DNA of 64,000 nt from Chloroflexota bacterium (GTDB lineage: Bacteria > Chloroflexota > Limnocylindria > Limnocylindrales > CSP1-4): contig JAUJOH010000003.1 of the NCBI GenBank assembly GCA_030447745.1, positions 38,727 through 102,726 of the forward strand. Reading direction: 5' to 3'. The position numbers and the translations under genes are program-made. Shown piece after piece: positions 1 to 9,648 of this stretch. Under the pieces are notes generated by a model, which saw only the letters and a list, made by a program, of their open reading frames with translations, searched no databases and had not been told where the DNA came from. Within the stretch, counting starts at the first letter, position 1. Every line of letters starts with the position of its first letter.

Positions 1-452
1 GCGTCGTCGACCAGGAGCGCGACCGCACGTCGCTGCCCGAGCACGAGCCGGTCGCCGGACCAGGTGACCGTCCTGATCCACGTCTCGCGGAACTCCGGCG
101 CGACGCCGATCAAGGCGAAGCGATCGGGCGCGAGGCCGACCAGCCACGGCGTGGCCGTCGCACCGAGTACGGGCGGCTCGTCGACGTGGGAAGCCTTGAC
201 GGTCCACCGCCCGGCGGACCGCTCGAGCACGGTCAAGTGCGTGCGGCCGGCGATCGACGTGTCCGGAGTGACGGTCAGCAGTCGCGGCGCCGCTTCGCGC
301 CCTGCGGGCGACAGCAGGGCCACGTCGACGATCTGGGCCCGGATCGGGTCGGGATGCTCCGGCGCGAGCACCGGGTCGACGCGTTCGCCAGCGCGTGGGC
401 CGTGGCTGCTCGAGCCGATCCCGCCAGGCCCCACGACGGACACGCCGGCCAC
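1..452 (-). CDS. hypothetical protein with N-terminal hydrophobic anchor, partial (continues past left edge)
   Basis: The minus-strand frame is open from the TAG at 567-569 down to base 1, with strong GC3 bias. Translation reads ...RLALAAIVAGVSVVGPGG...RTVTWSGDRLVLGQ. It is not in the ORF track, probably because it has no stop in the window. The first canonical start (GTG 452) falls inside the hydrophobic segment; CTG at 461 is an alternative, so the start is unresolved. Confidence 0.4.
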   Translation of the reverse strand, partial: MAGVSVVGPGGIGSSSHGPRAGERVDPVLAPEHPDPIRAQIVDVALLSPAGREAAPRLLTVTPDTSIAGRTHLTVLERSAGRWTVKASHVDEPPVLGATATPWLVGLAPDRFALIGVAPEFRETWIRTVTWSGDRLVLGQRRAVALLVDD

Positions 453-536
453 GATCGCAGCCAGCGCGAGCCGCGGGACGAGGCCGGAGAGGGACGAGAA
501 TCGGGCAGTCGTGGCGGATGCTCCAGCGGTCGGGCC

Positions 537-1058
537 ATGGTAGCGCCGGTTCCCGCAAGGCCCGTGCTAGCCTCGGCTCTCGTGAGCCTCCTGCGTCGAG
601 CTGCGCGCCACGTCCGGCTCGCGCTCGCCTGCGGCATCAGCCTGACGGTCCTCGCGGGCTGCGGCTTCGTCTCGACGACATCGCCGCCGGCCACGCCGAC
701 GGACTTTCCGGGGATCGCGTCCGAGCTGGCCCGGCGCGGCATCGTGGTCGACGAGATCCGGAGCGGGGACCCCGGCTGCGCCGGGACGGACCTGGCACCG
801 ACGGCCATCCGGTTCACCGCGCGCGGGCTGGATCAGCAGGAGCCGACCCCGGTCTACGTCTACATCTTCCGCAACCGCGAGGCGTTCGAGCGGAGGAACA
901 CCGACGTCTATGCGTGCGCGCGCTCCTACGTCACGGACGCGGACGCGTTCGGGTCGATCGAGGCATCCCCGTTCCTCATGATCGGGCCCGGTCCGTGGGC
1001 GCCTGCGTTCGAGGCGGAGCTTCGGGACGCCCTGACGGAGGCTGCTGGCGGCGGCTGA
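537..1058 (+). CDS. putative lipoprotein
   Basis: This is the inner part of ORF 186..1058. It has a signal peptide ending in the lipobox LAGC (..ISLTVLAGCGFVS) and good GC3. GTG at 582 is an alternative start. No family was recognised. Confidence 0.65.
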   Translation: MVAPVPARPVLASALVSLLRRAARHVRLALACGISLTVLAGCGFVSTTSPPATPTDFPGIASELARRGIVVDEIRSGDPGCAGTDLAPTAIRFTARGLDQQEPTPVYVYIFRNREAFERRNTDVYACARSYVTDADAFGSIEASPFLMIGPGPWAPAFEAELRDALTEAAGGG

Positions 1059-1593
1059 CCTCGCACGCCGCGACGGGCCGGCCGCGCCGGCGGGACGGCG
1101 ACGTCGCCTGGACATTCGCCGGCCAGTCACGCCCGAGCATGACGCTCCAGACGCGTGTCGGCGCGGACGCCGAGTACCGGCTGGCCGTCCGCCTGGTCGC
1201 CCCGGGGTAGCTCCGCTCCTTCCGGGCCGCGCCGCCGCGGTTGCCGGGATTCGCGGCCCTGGCTCCGTATCCCGGGCCCCGACATTTCACCGAGCAACCC
1301 CCGTGGTCGCCGAAGCGTCGATTGTTTCTCTCACGAACGCCCGTGACGAGCGGGAACGGGTGACTCGCCGGTTCTCCGCCGCTCGTGCTCGCGGGAATAC
1401 CCGGTACACGGGCGATGCGACCCCGTACCACGCGGGTTCATGGATGAAACGTTCGGGGGCGGCCCCGGCGGCCGCCCGCACGTTCTCGCGCCCGGCGCGG
1501 CCCGCTCGGCGGCGGCCGCCCGCACGGGGCGCCCCGCGGGCGCCGTCACCCGTCGGCGGCGTCATCCCGCGCGGCGGGTCCGGCCTCGTCGCC

Positions 1594-2760
1594 TCAGACG
1601 ACCCGGAGGCCGAGGATCTTGCGCGCGATCACGAGCCGCTGGACCTGGCTCGTCCCCTCGCCGATCTCCGTCAGCTTCGCGTCGCGCAGATACCGCTCGA
1701 CCTTGTACTCCTCGACGTAGCCGTAGCCGCCGTGGATCTGGATCCCGTTGTTCGTCGCCCGTGAGCTGACCTCCGACGCGAACAGCTTGGCCTGCGCGGC
1801 GGCAAGCCCGTAGTCCCTGCCCTGGTCCTTGAGCCACGCGGCGCGCCAGACCATCTGCCGGGCGGCTTCGATCTCGGTCGCCATGTCCGCCACCATGAAG
1901 GCGACACCCTGGAACGACCCGATCGGGCGCCCGAACTGCTCGCGCTGCTGGGCGTACGGGATCGACGCGTCGAGCGCCGCCTGCCCGACGCCGAGCGCCA
2001 GCGCCCCGATCGAGATGCGGCCGCCGTCGAGGATCCGGAGGAACGTCCGGAACCCCTCGCCCTGCGCGCCGAGCATGTTCTCGGCCGGGACACACGCGCC
2101 CTGGAAGATCAGCTCGCCGGTGGCGGAGGCGTGCAGCCCCATCTTCTCCTCGAGCCGTCCGACGCTGAACCCCGGCGTATTGGCCGGGACGATGAACGCA
2201 CTGATCTCCGGCTCGCCGCGATCCGTCGTGCCGGTCCGGGCAGTGACGATGTAGGTGCCCGCCTGCCCGGCGTTCGTGATGAAGCGCTTGCCGCCGTCGA
2301 GCCGCCACATTGGACCGTCGGGACCGGTCTCGAGCGTCGCCGTGGTGCGCGTTCCGCCGGCGTCGGAACCGGCGCTCGACTCGGTCAGCCCGTACCCCCC
2401 AAGCACCTGCCCGGAGGCCATCGGGACGAGGTAGCGCTGCTTCTGCTCGGGCGTGCCGGAGAGGTGGATCGGTCCGCAGCCGAGGCTCGTGTGTGCGGCC
2501 ACGATGAGGCCGAGCGAGCCCCACACCCGGCCGATCTCCTCGACGGCGATCGCGTAGGCCAGCGTGTCGAGCCCGGCGCCGCCCTCGTCCTCCGGGATCG
2601 GGATCCCAAGCCAGCCCATCTCGCCGAGCCGCCGAACGATGTCGACCGGGAACCGCCGCTCGCGCTCGTGCTGATCGACGACCGGCGCGACCTCGGTCTC
2701 CATGAAGTCGCGAACCGTGTCGCGGAGAAGTCGGTGCTCCGGCGAGAGGTCGAGGTCCAT
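1594..2760 (-). CDS. acyl-CoA dehydrogenase (short/branched-chain type)
   Basis: ORF 1594..2937 trimmed to MDLDLSPEHRLLRDTVRDF. ACAD hallmarks run throughout (GYGLTESSAGSD, RFITNAG, C-terminal ..TEIGEGTSQVQRLVIAR with the catalytic Glu). Confidence 0.9.
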   Translation of the reverse strand: MDLDLSPEHRLLRDTVRDFMETEVAPVVDQHERERRFPVDIVRRLGEMGWLGIPIPEDEGGAGLDTLAYAIAVEEIGRVWGSLGLIVAAHTSLGCGPIHLSGTPEQKQRYLVPMASGQVLGGYGLTESSAGSDAGGTRTTATLETGPDGPMWRLDGGKRFITNAGQAGTYIVTARTGTTDRGEPEISAFIVPANTPGFSVGRLEEKMGLHASATGELIFQGACVPAENMLGAQGEGFRTFLRILDGGRISIGALALGVGQAALDASIPYAQQREQFGRPIGSFQGVAFMVADMATEIEAARQMVWRAAWLKDQGRDYGLAAAQAKLFASEVSSRATNNGIQIHGGYGYVEEYKVERYLRDAKLTEIGEGTSQVQRLVIARKILGLRVV

Positions 2761-2982
2761 GTCGCGAGGGTACACCGGGCCTCGCGGACGGCGTGGACCG
2801 AGCGATCGACGAGGGCCGGTGCTAGCCTCTGGCCATGCCCGAGCCGCGCGTTTCGGCCGCCCCGCGTCCGCCCACGGACGCGCGGGCCACGGACCTCGTC
2901 GCGGCGGCCGCCGCCGGCAGCCCTCCCAGCTGAACACCCGCGGACGCGCGGCGTGACCGAGTCATCCGCCGGACCGCCGGCC

Positions 2983-3327
2983 ATGGCCCGCCCTGGGCCG
3001 CAGGTCCCGCTGGAGCCCGCGGATCTCGCCCGGCTCCACCGCTGGTGGCGGCGCATGCTGACCGGGTTCGGCTTCGCGGTCGCCCTGCTGTTCGCCTGGG
3101 CACTCGTGCTCCTCGTCGCGCCGGACGAACCGTGGGTGTCGACGCTTGCGATCCCGTTTGCGGCGCCGCTCGTGACGGTGGGTGCGATGGTCCAGTTCTC
3201 GCAACGATGCCCACGTTGCGGGCGGCGGATCGGGCTCGGGCCACGACTGGCCCTGCCCGTTCGGTGCGCCGGCTGCGGGGTGTCCTTCCGCTCGGCCGGC
3301 GACGAGGCGCCGGGCGAGGACAGCTAG
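2983..3327 (+). CDS. small membrane protein with C-terminal CxxC..CxxC zinc ribbon
   Basis: This is the terminal part of ORF 2131..3327, starting at MARPGPQ. It has two hydrophobic helices followed by CPRCG...CAGCG. GC3 bias is good. No family was recognised. Confidence 0.5.
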   Translation: MARPGPQVPLEPADLARLHRWWRRMLTGFGFAVALLFAWALVLLVAPDEPWVSTLAIPFAAPLVTVGAMVQFSQRCPRCGRRIGLGPRLALPVRCAGCGVSFRSAGDEAPGEDS

Positions 3328-4376
3328 GCCTCTTCCCGCTCGACCACCTGGCGCCGGGCGGGCTCACGCACCGGGCCCGGGACGTCCGACACATTGGGCA
3401 CGAACGACGCGGCGAGGGATGTCTCCGCTGCCACCTTCTGGTCGTCGATCGAGAGGATCCCGAGCCGTCCCAGCTGGGCCAGCTCGTCGCGGATGTAGGT
3501 CTTCAGCAGCTCCGGGCCGTCCGTGTTGATCGTGAACCGGATCTCGTTCCGTCGCAGCGTGTCGAAGATCCAGCGGAACTCGTCCCAGCCGGACACCACG
3601 CGCGTGTTCAGGTTCGAGGTGGGGCAGACCTCGAGCACGATGCCGCGCTCCCGGATCATCCCCAGCGCCCGCGGGTCGTAGGCGGCCTTGACGCCGTGCC
3701 CGATCCGATCGGGCTCGAGCAGCTCGACCACGCGCGCGACCTCGTCGATCGGCCCGGACTCGCCGGTGTGGACGGTGATCCCGAGCCCGTACTGGCGGAC
3801 CCGTCGGAACAGCCGACGGTAGTCGGCGACGCGGAAGGTGGCGGACTCGGGACCGGCGATGTCGACGCCCACGACGCCGCGATCGCGCCAGCCGATCGCC
3901 TTCTCCGCGATGATCTCGTTGAGCTCGAAGGGGAACGCGCGGTCGAGGCAGAAGATCAGGCCGGGCTTGACCGGGTACTCGAGGTTCGCCCGGTCCATGC
4001 CGCGAACCGCGGCCGCGATGATGTGGTCGAGGTCCTGCTCCCCGCCCCGGTTCCGCTTCATCGGGTTGAAGCGGAGCTCCATCGTCGTGACGTTGTTCTT
4101 GCGGTACGCGCCGCCGACGACCTCGTACACGCTCCGCTCCACGGCAAGCGGCGAACTCTGGATGAGCTCCGTCCAGTGGAAGAGCTGAAGGTAGCCGTCG
4201 AACGATCGCGACCGGGACGAGACGGTGATCATGTCCCGGAACTGCCAGTAGTCCTTGGTCGGCAGCTTGATCCCCTGCGCGTGGGCGATGCCCCACATGA
4301 TCGCCGGGGTCACCGCGCCGCCGAGGTGGCAGTGGAGCTCGGCGAGCGGGATCTTGCGCGAGAGCAGGCGGGCCAC
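3324..4376 (-). CDS. add: adenosine deaminase family protein
   Basis: The N-terminal metal motif is LAELHCHLGG, and similarity to the adenosine/AMP deaminase fold continues along the length (..TVHTGE.., ..INTDGP..). Confidence 0.85.
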   Translation of the reverse strand: MARLLSRKIPLAELHCHLGGAVTPAIMWGIAHAQGIKLPTKDYWQFRDMITVSSRSRSFDGYLQLFHWTELIQSSPLAVERSVYEVVGGAYRKNNVTTMELRFNPMKRNRGGEQDLDHIIAAAVRGMDRANLEYPVKPGLIFCLDRAFPFELNEIIAEKAIGWRDRGVVGVDIAGPESATFRVADYRRLFRRVRQYGLGITVHTGESGPIDEVARVVELLEPDRIGHGVKAAYDPRALGMIRERGIVLEVCPTSNLNTRVVSGWDEFRWIFDTLRRNEIRFTINTDGPELLKTYIRDELAQLGRLGILSIDDQKVAAETSLAASFVPNVSDVPGPVREPARRQVVEREEA

Positions 4377-4486
4377 AAGCGGAGGATAGCCGAGGCGTCA
4401 GTCGACAGCCGCGCCGTCAGTGGCCCGACCAGCCCACCGCGGCGCCGGTCCGGGCGCACGTCCCGCGCCATCACGGCCTGCCGTCG

Positions 4487-5545
4487 TCACCCGGCGAGCG
4501 GCACCACCCGGCCTTGGGCGTCGAGGGTCGCCTCTCGTCGAAGGCGCTTCAGCTCGGCGCCCGGCACCTGGTCGCGGGCGTGGTAGCTGGACCGCACCAG
4601 TGGCCCGGACTCGACGTGCCGGAAGCCGAGCGCCAGCGCCTCGACCTTCATCTCGGCGAACTCCTCGGGCCGGTAGTAGCGCTCGAGTGGCAGGTGGTTC
4701 TGCGAGGGGCGGAGGTACTGGCCGATTGTCAGCACGTCGCAGTCGACCTCGCGAAGCGCGCGGAACGCGGCCGCCAGCTCCTCGCGCGTCTCGCCGAGCC
4801 CGACCATCAGCGAGCTCTTGGTGTGGACCGGGTAGCCGATCTCGCCGGCGTAGACCTTGGCCCGCTCGAGGACGCCGAGCGTGCGATCCCACCGGGCGCG
4901 CTTCCGGACGGGCTTCTGGAGCCGCTCGACCGTCTCGAGGTTGTGGTTGAGGATGTCGGGTCGCGCCTCCATCACGTCACGCAGCGGCGCCTGCGCACCG
5001 TTGAAGTCGGGGATCAGCACCTCGACGCCCATCCCCGGGCAGGCGCTCTTCAGCCGCCGGATCGTCTCCGAGAAGACGTGCGCGCCGCCGTCGGGCAGGT
5101 CGTCGCGGGCGACGCTGGTGACGACGACGTGCTCGAGCCCCAGCCCGGAGATCGCCTCGGCCACGCGCCGCGGCTCGTCGTCGTCGAACCAGTCGGGCCG
5201 GCCCGTCTTGATGTTGCAGAAGCCACACGCCCGCGTGCACGTGTCGCCGAGGATCATGATCGTCGCCGTGCGCTGGTCCCAGCACTCCCCGATGTTCGGG
5301 CAGTGGGCCTCCTCGCAGACCGTATTGAGGTTGAGGCCGCGCAACAGCCGCTTCAGGTCGTGGTAGTTGTCGCCGGACGGCAGGCGGGCCTTGATCCAGT
5401 CCGGGTGGCGGCGCAGCGGCGTCGTGCCGTCGGCCGCCGGATCGAACCGGCCACCGCCCATGGCGATCGTCACGGGGTCGGCCGTCGCGTGCCCGGCGTG
5501 GTGACCGCCACCCGGCGGCGTGAAGATCGGAAGCTCGCGGCCCAT
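4487..5545 (-). CDS. lipA: lipoyl synthase
   Basis: Both LipA cluster motifs are present: CEEAHCPNIGEC and the radical-SAM motif CTRACGFC. Confidence 0.95.
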   Translation of the reverse strand: MGRELPIFTPPGGGHHAGHATADPVTIAMGGGRFDPAADGTTPLRRHPDWIKARLPSGDNYHDLKRLLRGLNLNTVCEEAHCPNIGECWDQRTATIMILGDTCTRACGFCNIKTGRPDWFDDDEPRRVAEAISGLGLEHVVVTSVARDDLPDGGAHVFSETIRRLKSACPGMGVEVLIPDFNGAQAPLRDVMEARPDILNHNLETVERLQKPVRKRARWDRTLGVLERAKVYAGEIGYPVHTKSSLMVGLGETREELAAAFRALREVDCDVLTIGQYLRPSQNHLPLERYYRPEEFAEMKVEALALGFRHVESGPLVRSSYHARDQVPGAELKRLRREATLDAQGRVVPLAG

Positions 5546-5752
5546 CTTCGGGAGTGTAGTCAGGGGGCTCCGAATGCGTCGACGATGCCGATGCCGGTCA
5601 CCCGGCGACGCAGGTCCGGCGCGGCGGGTGCCGCGCAGGTCCGCCTCGCCGGGGATCCCGAGCGGCGGTCAGCACCTCGCGGCCGCGCTCGGCCCGCTGC
5701 TCGACGTGGCACGGCTATATGAATCCGGCACCGCGCGTGACGCAGACCGCGC

Positions 5753-6184
5753 TCAATCCCGTCGCACCGGCCCACCGGGGAGGCGCACCTGGGAGAAGCG
5801 CGGCGCAGCCTGGTCGAGCCCCACGATCACGACGTACCAAGCCGGCGATGCATTGAAGGCTGAGAACCGCACTGCGGAGGAAGACGCAAAGGAGTACGTG
5901 CCCGCGAGCCGACTGCCCTCGTGCACGGTCTCCATCTCCAGGCAATCCCTTCGTTGCGCCGGCCACGGAACGAGGTTGGCCAGCTGGTCGTCCGGTACGC
6001 GACGGGCACACAGCACCATCTTGACGTCCGGCCGCGTCCAGCCGTCGACCAGAACGCGCACGGCCTCTCCGTCTCGTGCCACTCGGATCGGCTGCCCGTC
6101 GTCCGTGTGCGGCACTTCCGGGAGCATGCCGCAGCCGAGGAGCAGACCGCCGATCGCGATGACCAACGCGGTCCGTTTGTTCAC
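5753..6184 (-). CDS. putative lipoprotein
   Basis: GTG start. The signal peptide carries the lipobox LLGC (MNKRTALVIAIGGLLLGCG). No family was recognised. Confidence 0.65.
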   Translation of the reverse strand: MNKRTALVIAIGGLLLGCGMLPEVPHTDDGQPIRVARDGEAVRVLVDGWTRPDVKMVLCARRVPDDQLANLVPWPAQRRDCLEMETVHEGSRLAGTYSFASSSAVRFSAFNASPAWYVVIVGLDQAAPRFSQVRLPGGPVRRD

Positions 6185-6200
6185 CGGTCCGATTGTTCAG

Positions 6201-6406
6201 ATACCAGCGGGGATGGTGCAAAGGCGCTGGATCGGCGGATCTCCTGGCATTTACCACCCCGTGTAGTGCGTGCCGAGTGCGTCCAGTCATGTACCCGCCG
6301 GGCTAGTAGGTGACGACGCCGGGGCGCCGTTGACCGCGATTCGCGGCCGGGCGGCGGCCCGCCTCCTGACAACTCGCTGTCTTGCACCACGGGCGGTGGT
6401 ATCCGG
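6201..6406 (+). repeat. composite multi-hairpin intergenic repeat, copy A (REP/BIME-like)
   Basis: Modules are ATACCAGCGGGGATGGT, TTACCACCCCGTGTAGTG and GTACCCGCCGGGCTAGTAGGTGAC. They are followed by the conserved block CCTGACAACTCGCTGTCTTGCACCACGGGCGGTGGTATCCGG. The copy is alignable to 44320-44567. Confidence 0.85.
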
Positions 6407-6412
6407 GTGCGA

Positions 6413-8101
6413 CTAGTAGATCGGCGTCTCCGGCCCGACCGACTCCAGCCAGCTCTTGATGTCGCGCAGCAGCGCGGCCCCGCCGGCGCCGTCGTTGGCG
6501 CGGTGGTCGACGCCGAGGACCATGTTCATCACCGGCCGGATCGCGATCACGTCCCCGTCCGGCGTCGACACGACGACCGGGCGCTTGGTGATCGCCTCCA
6601 TCGTGACGATGCCGACCTCCGGGACGTTCAGGATCGGCATCACGAGGTTCGTCCCGAGGTAGCCGGTGTTGTCGACGGTGAACGTGCCACCACCGAAGTC
6701 GTCGAGGCGCAGCTTGCCGGCCCGGGCGCGGCCGGCCACGTCCGCGATGGCGCGGTTGAGGCCGTGGATCGAGAGCGTGTCGGCGTCGCGCACGACCGGG
6801 ACGATCAGCCCCTCGTCGACGGCGACCGCCACGCCGATGTTCACGCGCCGCTTGGCCAGCAGCCCCTGCTCGGTCCAGTGGGCGTTGAAGGTCGGGTTGC
6901 GCTTGAGCGCCTCGGCCGACGCCTTGACGACGAACGGGACGTAGCTGAGCGACACGCCTTCCTTCGCCTGGTAGTCCCGCTTGGCCCGCTCGCGGAAGGC
7001 GACCAGCTTCGTGGCGTCGATCTCCATCTGGACGTACGCGTGCGGGGCCTGGAGCGCCCGGGTCATCTGCGCCGCGATGCCCTTGCGCATCTGGGTCATC
7101 GGGACGAGGACCTCGTCCGCGCCGGCCGGGAACTCGATACGCGTGCCGGTCGCGGCCAAGGCCGGTGGCGGCGTCGCGGGGGCCGGGGAGGGTGCGGCCG
7201 TCGCTGGAGCGGGGACGACCGGAGCGGCGGCCGCCGGTGCCGGGCTCGCCGCGGCCGGTGCACCCGGCGTCTCGACGGGCGACGGTGCCGGCGCATCGGC
7301 GACAGCAGCGGCTGCCGACTGGCCGTTCACCGGCTGGCCGGTTCGCTGCGACTCCACGAAGTTGACGACGTCGTCGCGAGTGATCCGCCCGCCGCCACCG
7401 GTGCCGACGTGCTGGGCCGCGGTCAGGCCGTGCTCCCGCAGCAGGCGCCGCACGGCGGGCGTCATCGGCGCATCCGCGTTACCCGCCGGCTCGACGGCGG
7501 CGGGTGCCGAGCCGGCAGTGGCCCCGGCGTTGAGCGAGGGCGCGCCCCCGGCGGCCAGGCCGGCGGTTGGACCCGTGGCCGGCGGGGGCGTGGTGCCGGC
7601 CGCCGGAGCGGCCGCCTCCGTCATCTCGGTCGGGCCGCGCTCATCGGAGCCGGCCGGTCCCCGACTCGGCTCCGCGTTCTTCGCGGGCGACGCGGCGGCC
7701 GGCGCCTCATCACCGACCGGTTCGAGACGCGGGCCGCCCGTGTCCTCCTCGGAGGATGACGCCTCCTTCTCCGAAGCGCCGGCGTCGGGTGGCGCGGGCG
7801 CCGGCACGCCGGCGTCGGACGCCCCGTCGCCCCCGGCCGATGCCGAAGCAGACGCACCCGCGTCGTCGGCCGTCTCGATGACCGCGATCTCCGCGTTGTT
7901 CGGAACGGTCTCGCCCTCCTGGACGAGGATCTCCTTGAGCACGCCCTCGAACGGCGACGGCACCTCGGCGTTGACCTTGTCCGTGATGACCTCGAGGAGC
8001 GCCTCGTACTTGGCGACCTGGTCGCCCGGTTGCTTGAGCCACTTGCCGATGGTCCCCTCGGCCACGCTCTCACCGAGCTGGGGCATCGTCACCTTGGCCA
8101 C
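6413..8101 (-). CDS. 2-oxoacid dehydrogenase E2 (dihydrolipoamide acyltransferase), probably branched-chain
   Basis: GTG start at 8101, preceded by GGAGGA 7 nt upstream. Domains are a lipoyl domain (MPQLGESVAEGTIGKWL), long Ala/Pro linkers, a PSBD (MTPAVRRLLREHGL..GRITRDDV) and a catalytic domain with DHRANDG. Confidence 0.9.
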   Translation of the reverse strand: MAKVTMPQLGESVAEGTIGKWLKQPGDQVAKYEALLEVITDKVNAEVPSPFEGVLKEILVQEGETVPNNAEIAVIETADDAGASASASAGGDGASDAGVPAPAPPDAGASEKEASSSEEDTGGPRLEPVGDEAPAAASPAKNAEPSRGPAGSDERGPTEMTEAAAPAAGTTPPPATGPTAGLAAGGAPSLNAGATAGSAPAAVEPAGNADAPMTPAVRRLLREHGLTAAQHVGTGGGGRITRDDVVNFVESQRTGQPVNGQSAAAAVADAPAPSPVETPGAPAAASPAPAAAAPVVPAPATAAPSPAPATPPPALAATGTRIEFPAGADEVLVPMTQMRKGIAAQMTRALQAPHAYVQMEIDATKLVAFRERAKRDYQAKEGVSLSYVPFVVKASAEALKRNPTFNAHWTEQGLLAKRRVNIGVAVAVDEGLIVPVVRDADTLSIHGLNRAIADVAGRARAGKLRLDDFGGGTFTVDNTGYLGTNLVMPILNVPEVGIVTMEAITKRPVVVSTPDGDVIAIRPVMNMVLGVDHRANDGAGGAALLRDIKSWLESVGPETPIY

Positions 8102-8211
8102 TTGGCAATCCTCCGGTTTCGCGCGAGGCGTCCTGAGCGTCGTGCAGTCCGGACAGTGTCGCGCATCCGCGGTGAGGTGGCATCGGCGCGCGTCCGAGCG
8201 ACCCGGGCCAG

Positions 8212-9411
8212 ATGTCGAGCCGGTATCGTCGCGCCATGGCTCCACGCCGCTCGGCGGCACCACGGCCGGGCGCCGGCTGGGATCAGGTGCTCGCGCTCCG
8301 GCTCCAGCGGCAGCACCTCGCCACGAGAACGACACCGGACCGGCTGCTCGACGTGGTCGAGAGGATGGTCGGCATCCATGCGCAGGTGATGAGCTCCGCG
8401 GAGCTCCAGCTCGCGGCGCGCATCGATGGCCTGCGGCCGGCGGACGTCCGCGACGCGCTGTGGCAGCGGCGAGCGCTGCTGAAGACGTGGGCGTTTCGCG
8501 GAACGCTGCACCTGGTGACGCCGGACGATCACGCGCTGTTCGTCGCGTCCGCCGCCGCCCAGGAGGGCTGGCGAAGCGAGGCGTGGCAACGCTGGTTCGG
8601 CCTCACGGCTCTCGAGATCGAGGACATGGTCGCCGCCATCGGGGGTTTGCTGTCCGACCGGCCGATGACGCGTGCGCAGCTGGCCGACGGGGTGGCCGCG
8701 CGACTCAGCCAGCCCGCCCTCGCCGAGAAGCTGCGCAGCGGTTGGGGCACCTACCTGTCGCCGGCGTCACGGCGAGGGGTGCTCGTCTTCGGCCCGCCGG
8801 ACGGGCGCAACGTGGCGTTCGTCCAGCCACGGGCCTGGCTCGGGACGCGTTGGTCGCCGCGCGAGCAGGACCCGATCGAAGCGCTCGCCGAGCTGATCGA
8901 GCGCTATCTCACCACCTTCCCGGGCGCCACGCGCGAAATGGTCCGGCGCTGGTGGGGCGGCCTGCGCGCGGGGCTCATCAACGACGCGCTCCGGCGGCTG
9001 GGCGACCGAGTCACGCCGCTCGACGTCCGGGGCTCGGGAGGCTTCGTGCGCGCCGAGGACGCGGCCGCGGCTTCGGGCGCCTCACCCTTCCGCGGCGTCC
9101 GACTCCTTCCGGGCTTCGACCCGTTCACCAACGAGCTGCCGAGGCGGGTCGAGGCCGTCCTCCCGGTCGAGCGGCACGACCTCGTCTACCGGACGGCGGG
9201 CTGGATCAGCCCGATCGTGATCGTCGACGGCCGTGTCGCGGGGACGTGGGAGGTCGGCGCCGGTAGGCGAGGCGGCGTCGCGGTCGTTCCGTTCGACCCG
9301 TGGCGTGACGGAGCACGAGAAGAGCTCGCCGCCGAGGTCGAGCGGGTGGCCGCCTTCCTCGACCGGCCCTTGTCGGTGTCGATCCGCGCGCCACTGCCGG
9401 GCCGGTCGTGA
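8212..9411 (+). CDS. winged-helix DNA-binding protein, AlkZ/YcaQ-like (DUF1006/HTH_42) putative DNA glycosylase
   Basis: Family-typical sequence is present (..LALRLQRQHLA.., ..LLKTWAFRGTLHLV.., ..VIVDGRVAGTWE..). ATG at 8236 is an alternative start. Confidence 0.7.
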   Translation: MSSRYRRAMAPRRSAAPRPGAGWDQVLALRLQRQHLATRTTPDRLLDVVERMVGIHAQVMSSAELQLAARIDGLRPADVRDALWQRRALLKTWAFRGTLHLVTPDDHALFVASAAAQEGWRSEAWQRWFGLTALEIEDMVAAIGGLLSDRPMTRAQLADGVAARLSQPALAEKLRSGWGTYLSPASRRGVLVFGPPDGRNVAFVQPRAWLGTRWSPREQDPIEALAELIERYLTTFPGATREMVRRWWGGLRAGLINDALRRLGDRVTPLDVRGSGGFVRAEDAAAASGASPFRGVRLLPGFDPFTNELPRRVEAVLPVERHDLVYRTAGWISPIVIVDGRVAGTWEVGAGRRGGVAVVPFDPWRDGAREELAAEVERVAAFLDRPLSVSIRAPLPGRS

Positions 9412-9648
9412 CGCCGCGTCGCCCGAGCTGGCACGGGAGGGCTGGTGGCCGCCCGCTTGGGACCCTCGCCCTCGGGCTGCCGGGTCGCAGCGATTCGCTC
9501 TCCGCCGGCCCGTCGTCCAGTCCGCGTCGCGGACGGTCGACTCGAGCCGGCACATCGCGATCGCGTCGTGGTCCAACCGCCGCGACGTCGACGCTCGGTC
9601 CGCGATCGATCAGCGGGGATAAGCCGGCGGTGAGCGTAAGTCGCGACG

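Noticed and set aside
6201-6406. Repeat clusters considered as possible CRISPR arrays.
   Set aside because: The repeated modules differ from one another in sequence and length. Spacers are not of uniform size, there are only 3-5 units per locus, and no cas genes are present.
8212-9411. Attempt to classify the AlkZ/YcaQ-like protein by its catalytic Q-phi-Q or Q-phi-D motif.
   Set aside because: The candidate region reads ..GIHAQVMSS.., which fits neither motif by eye. Without an alignment I cannot place the catalytic residues, so no claim about activity is made.
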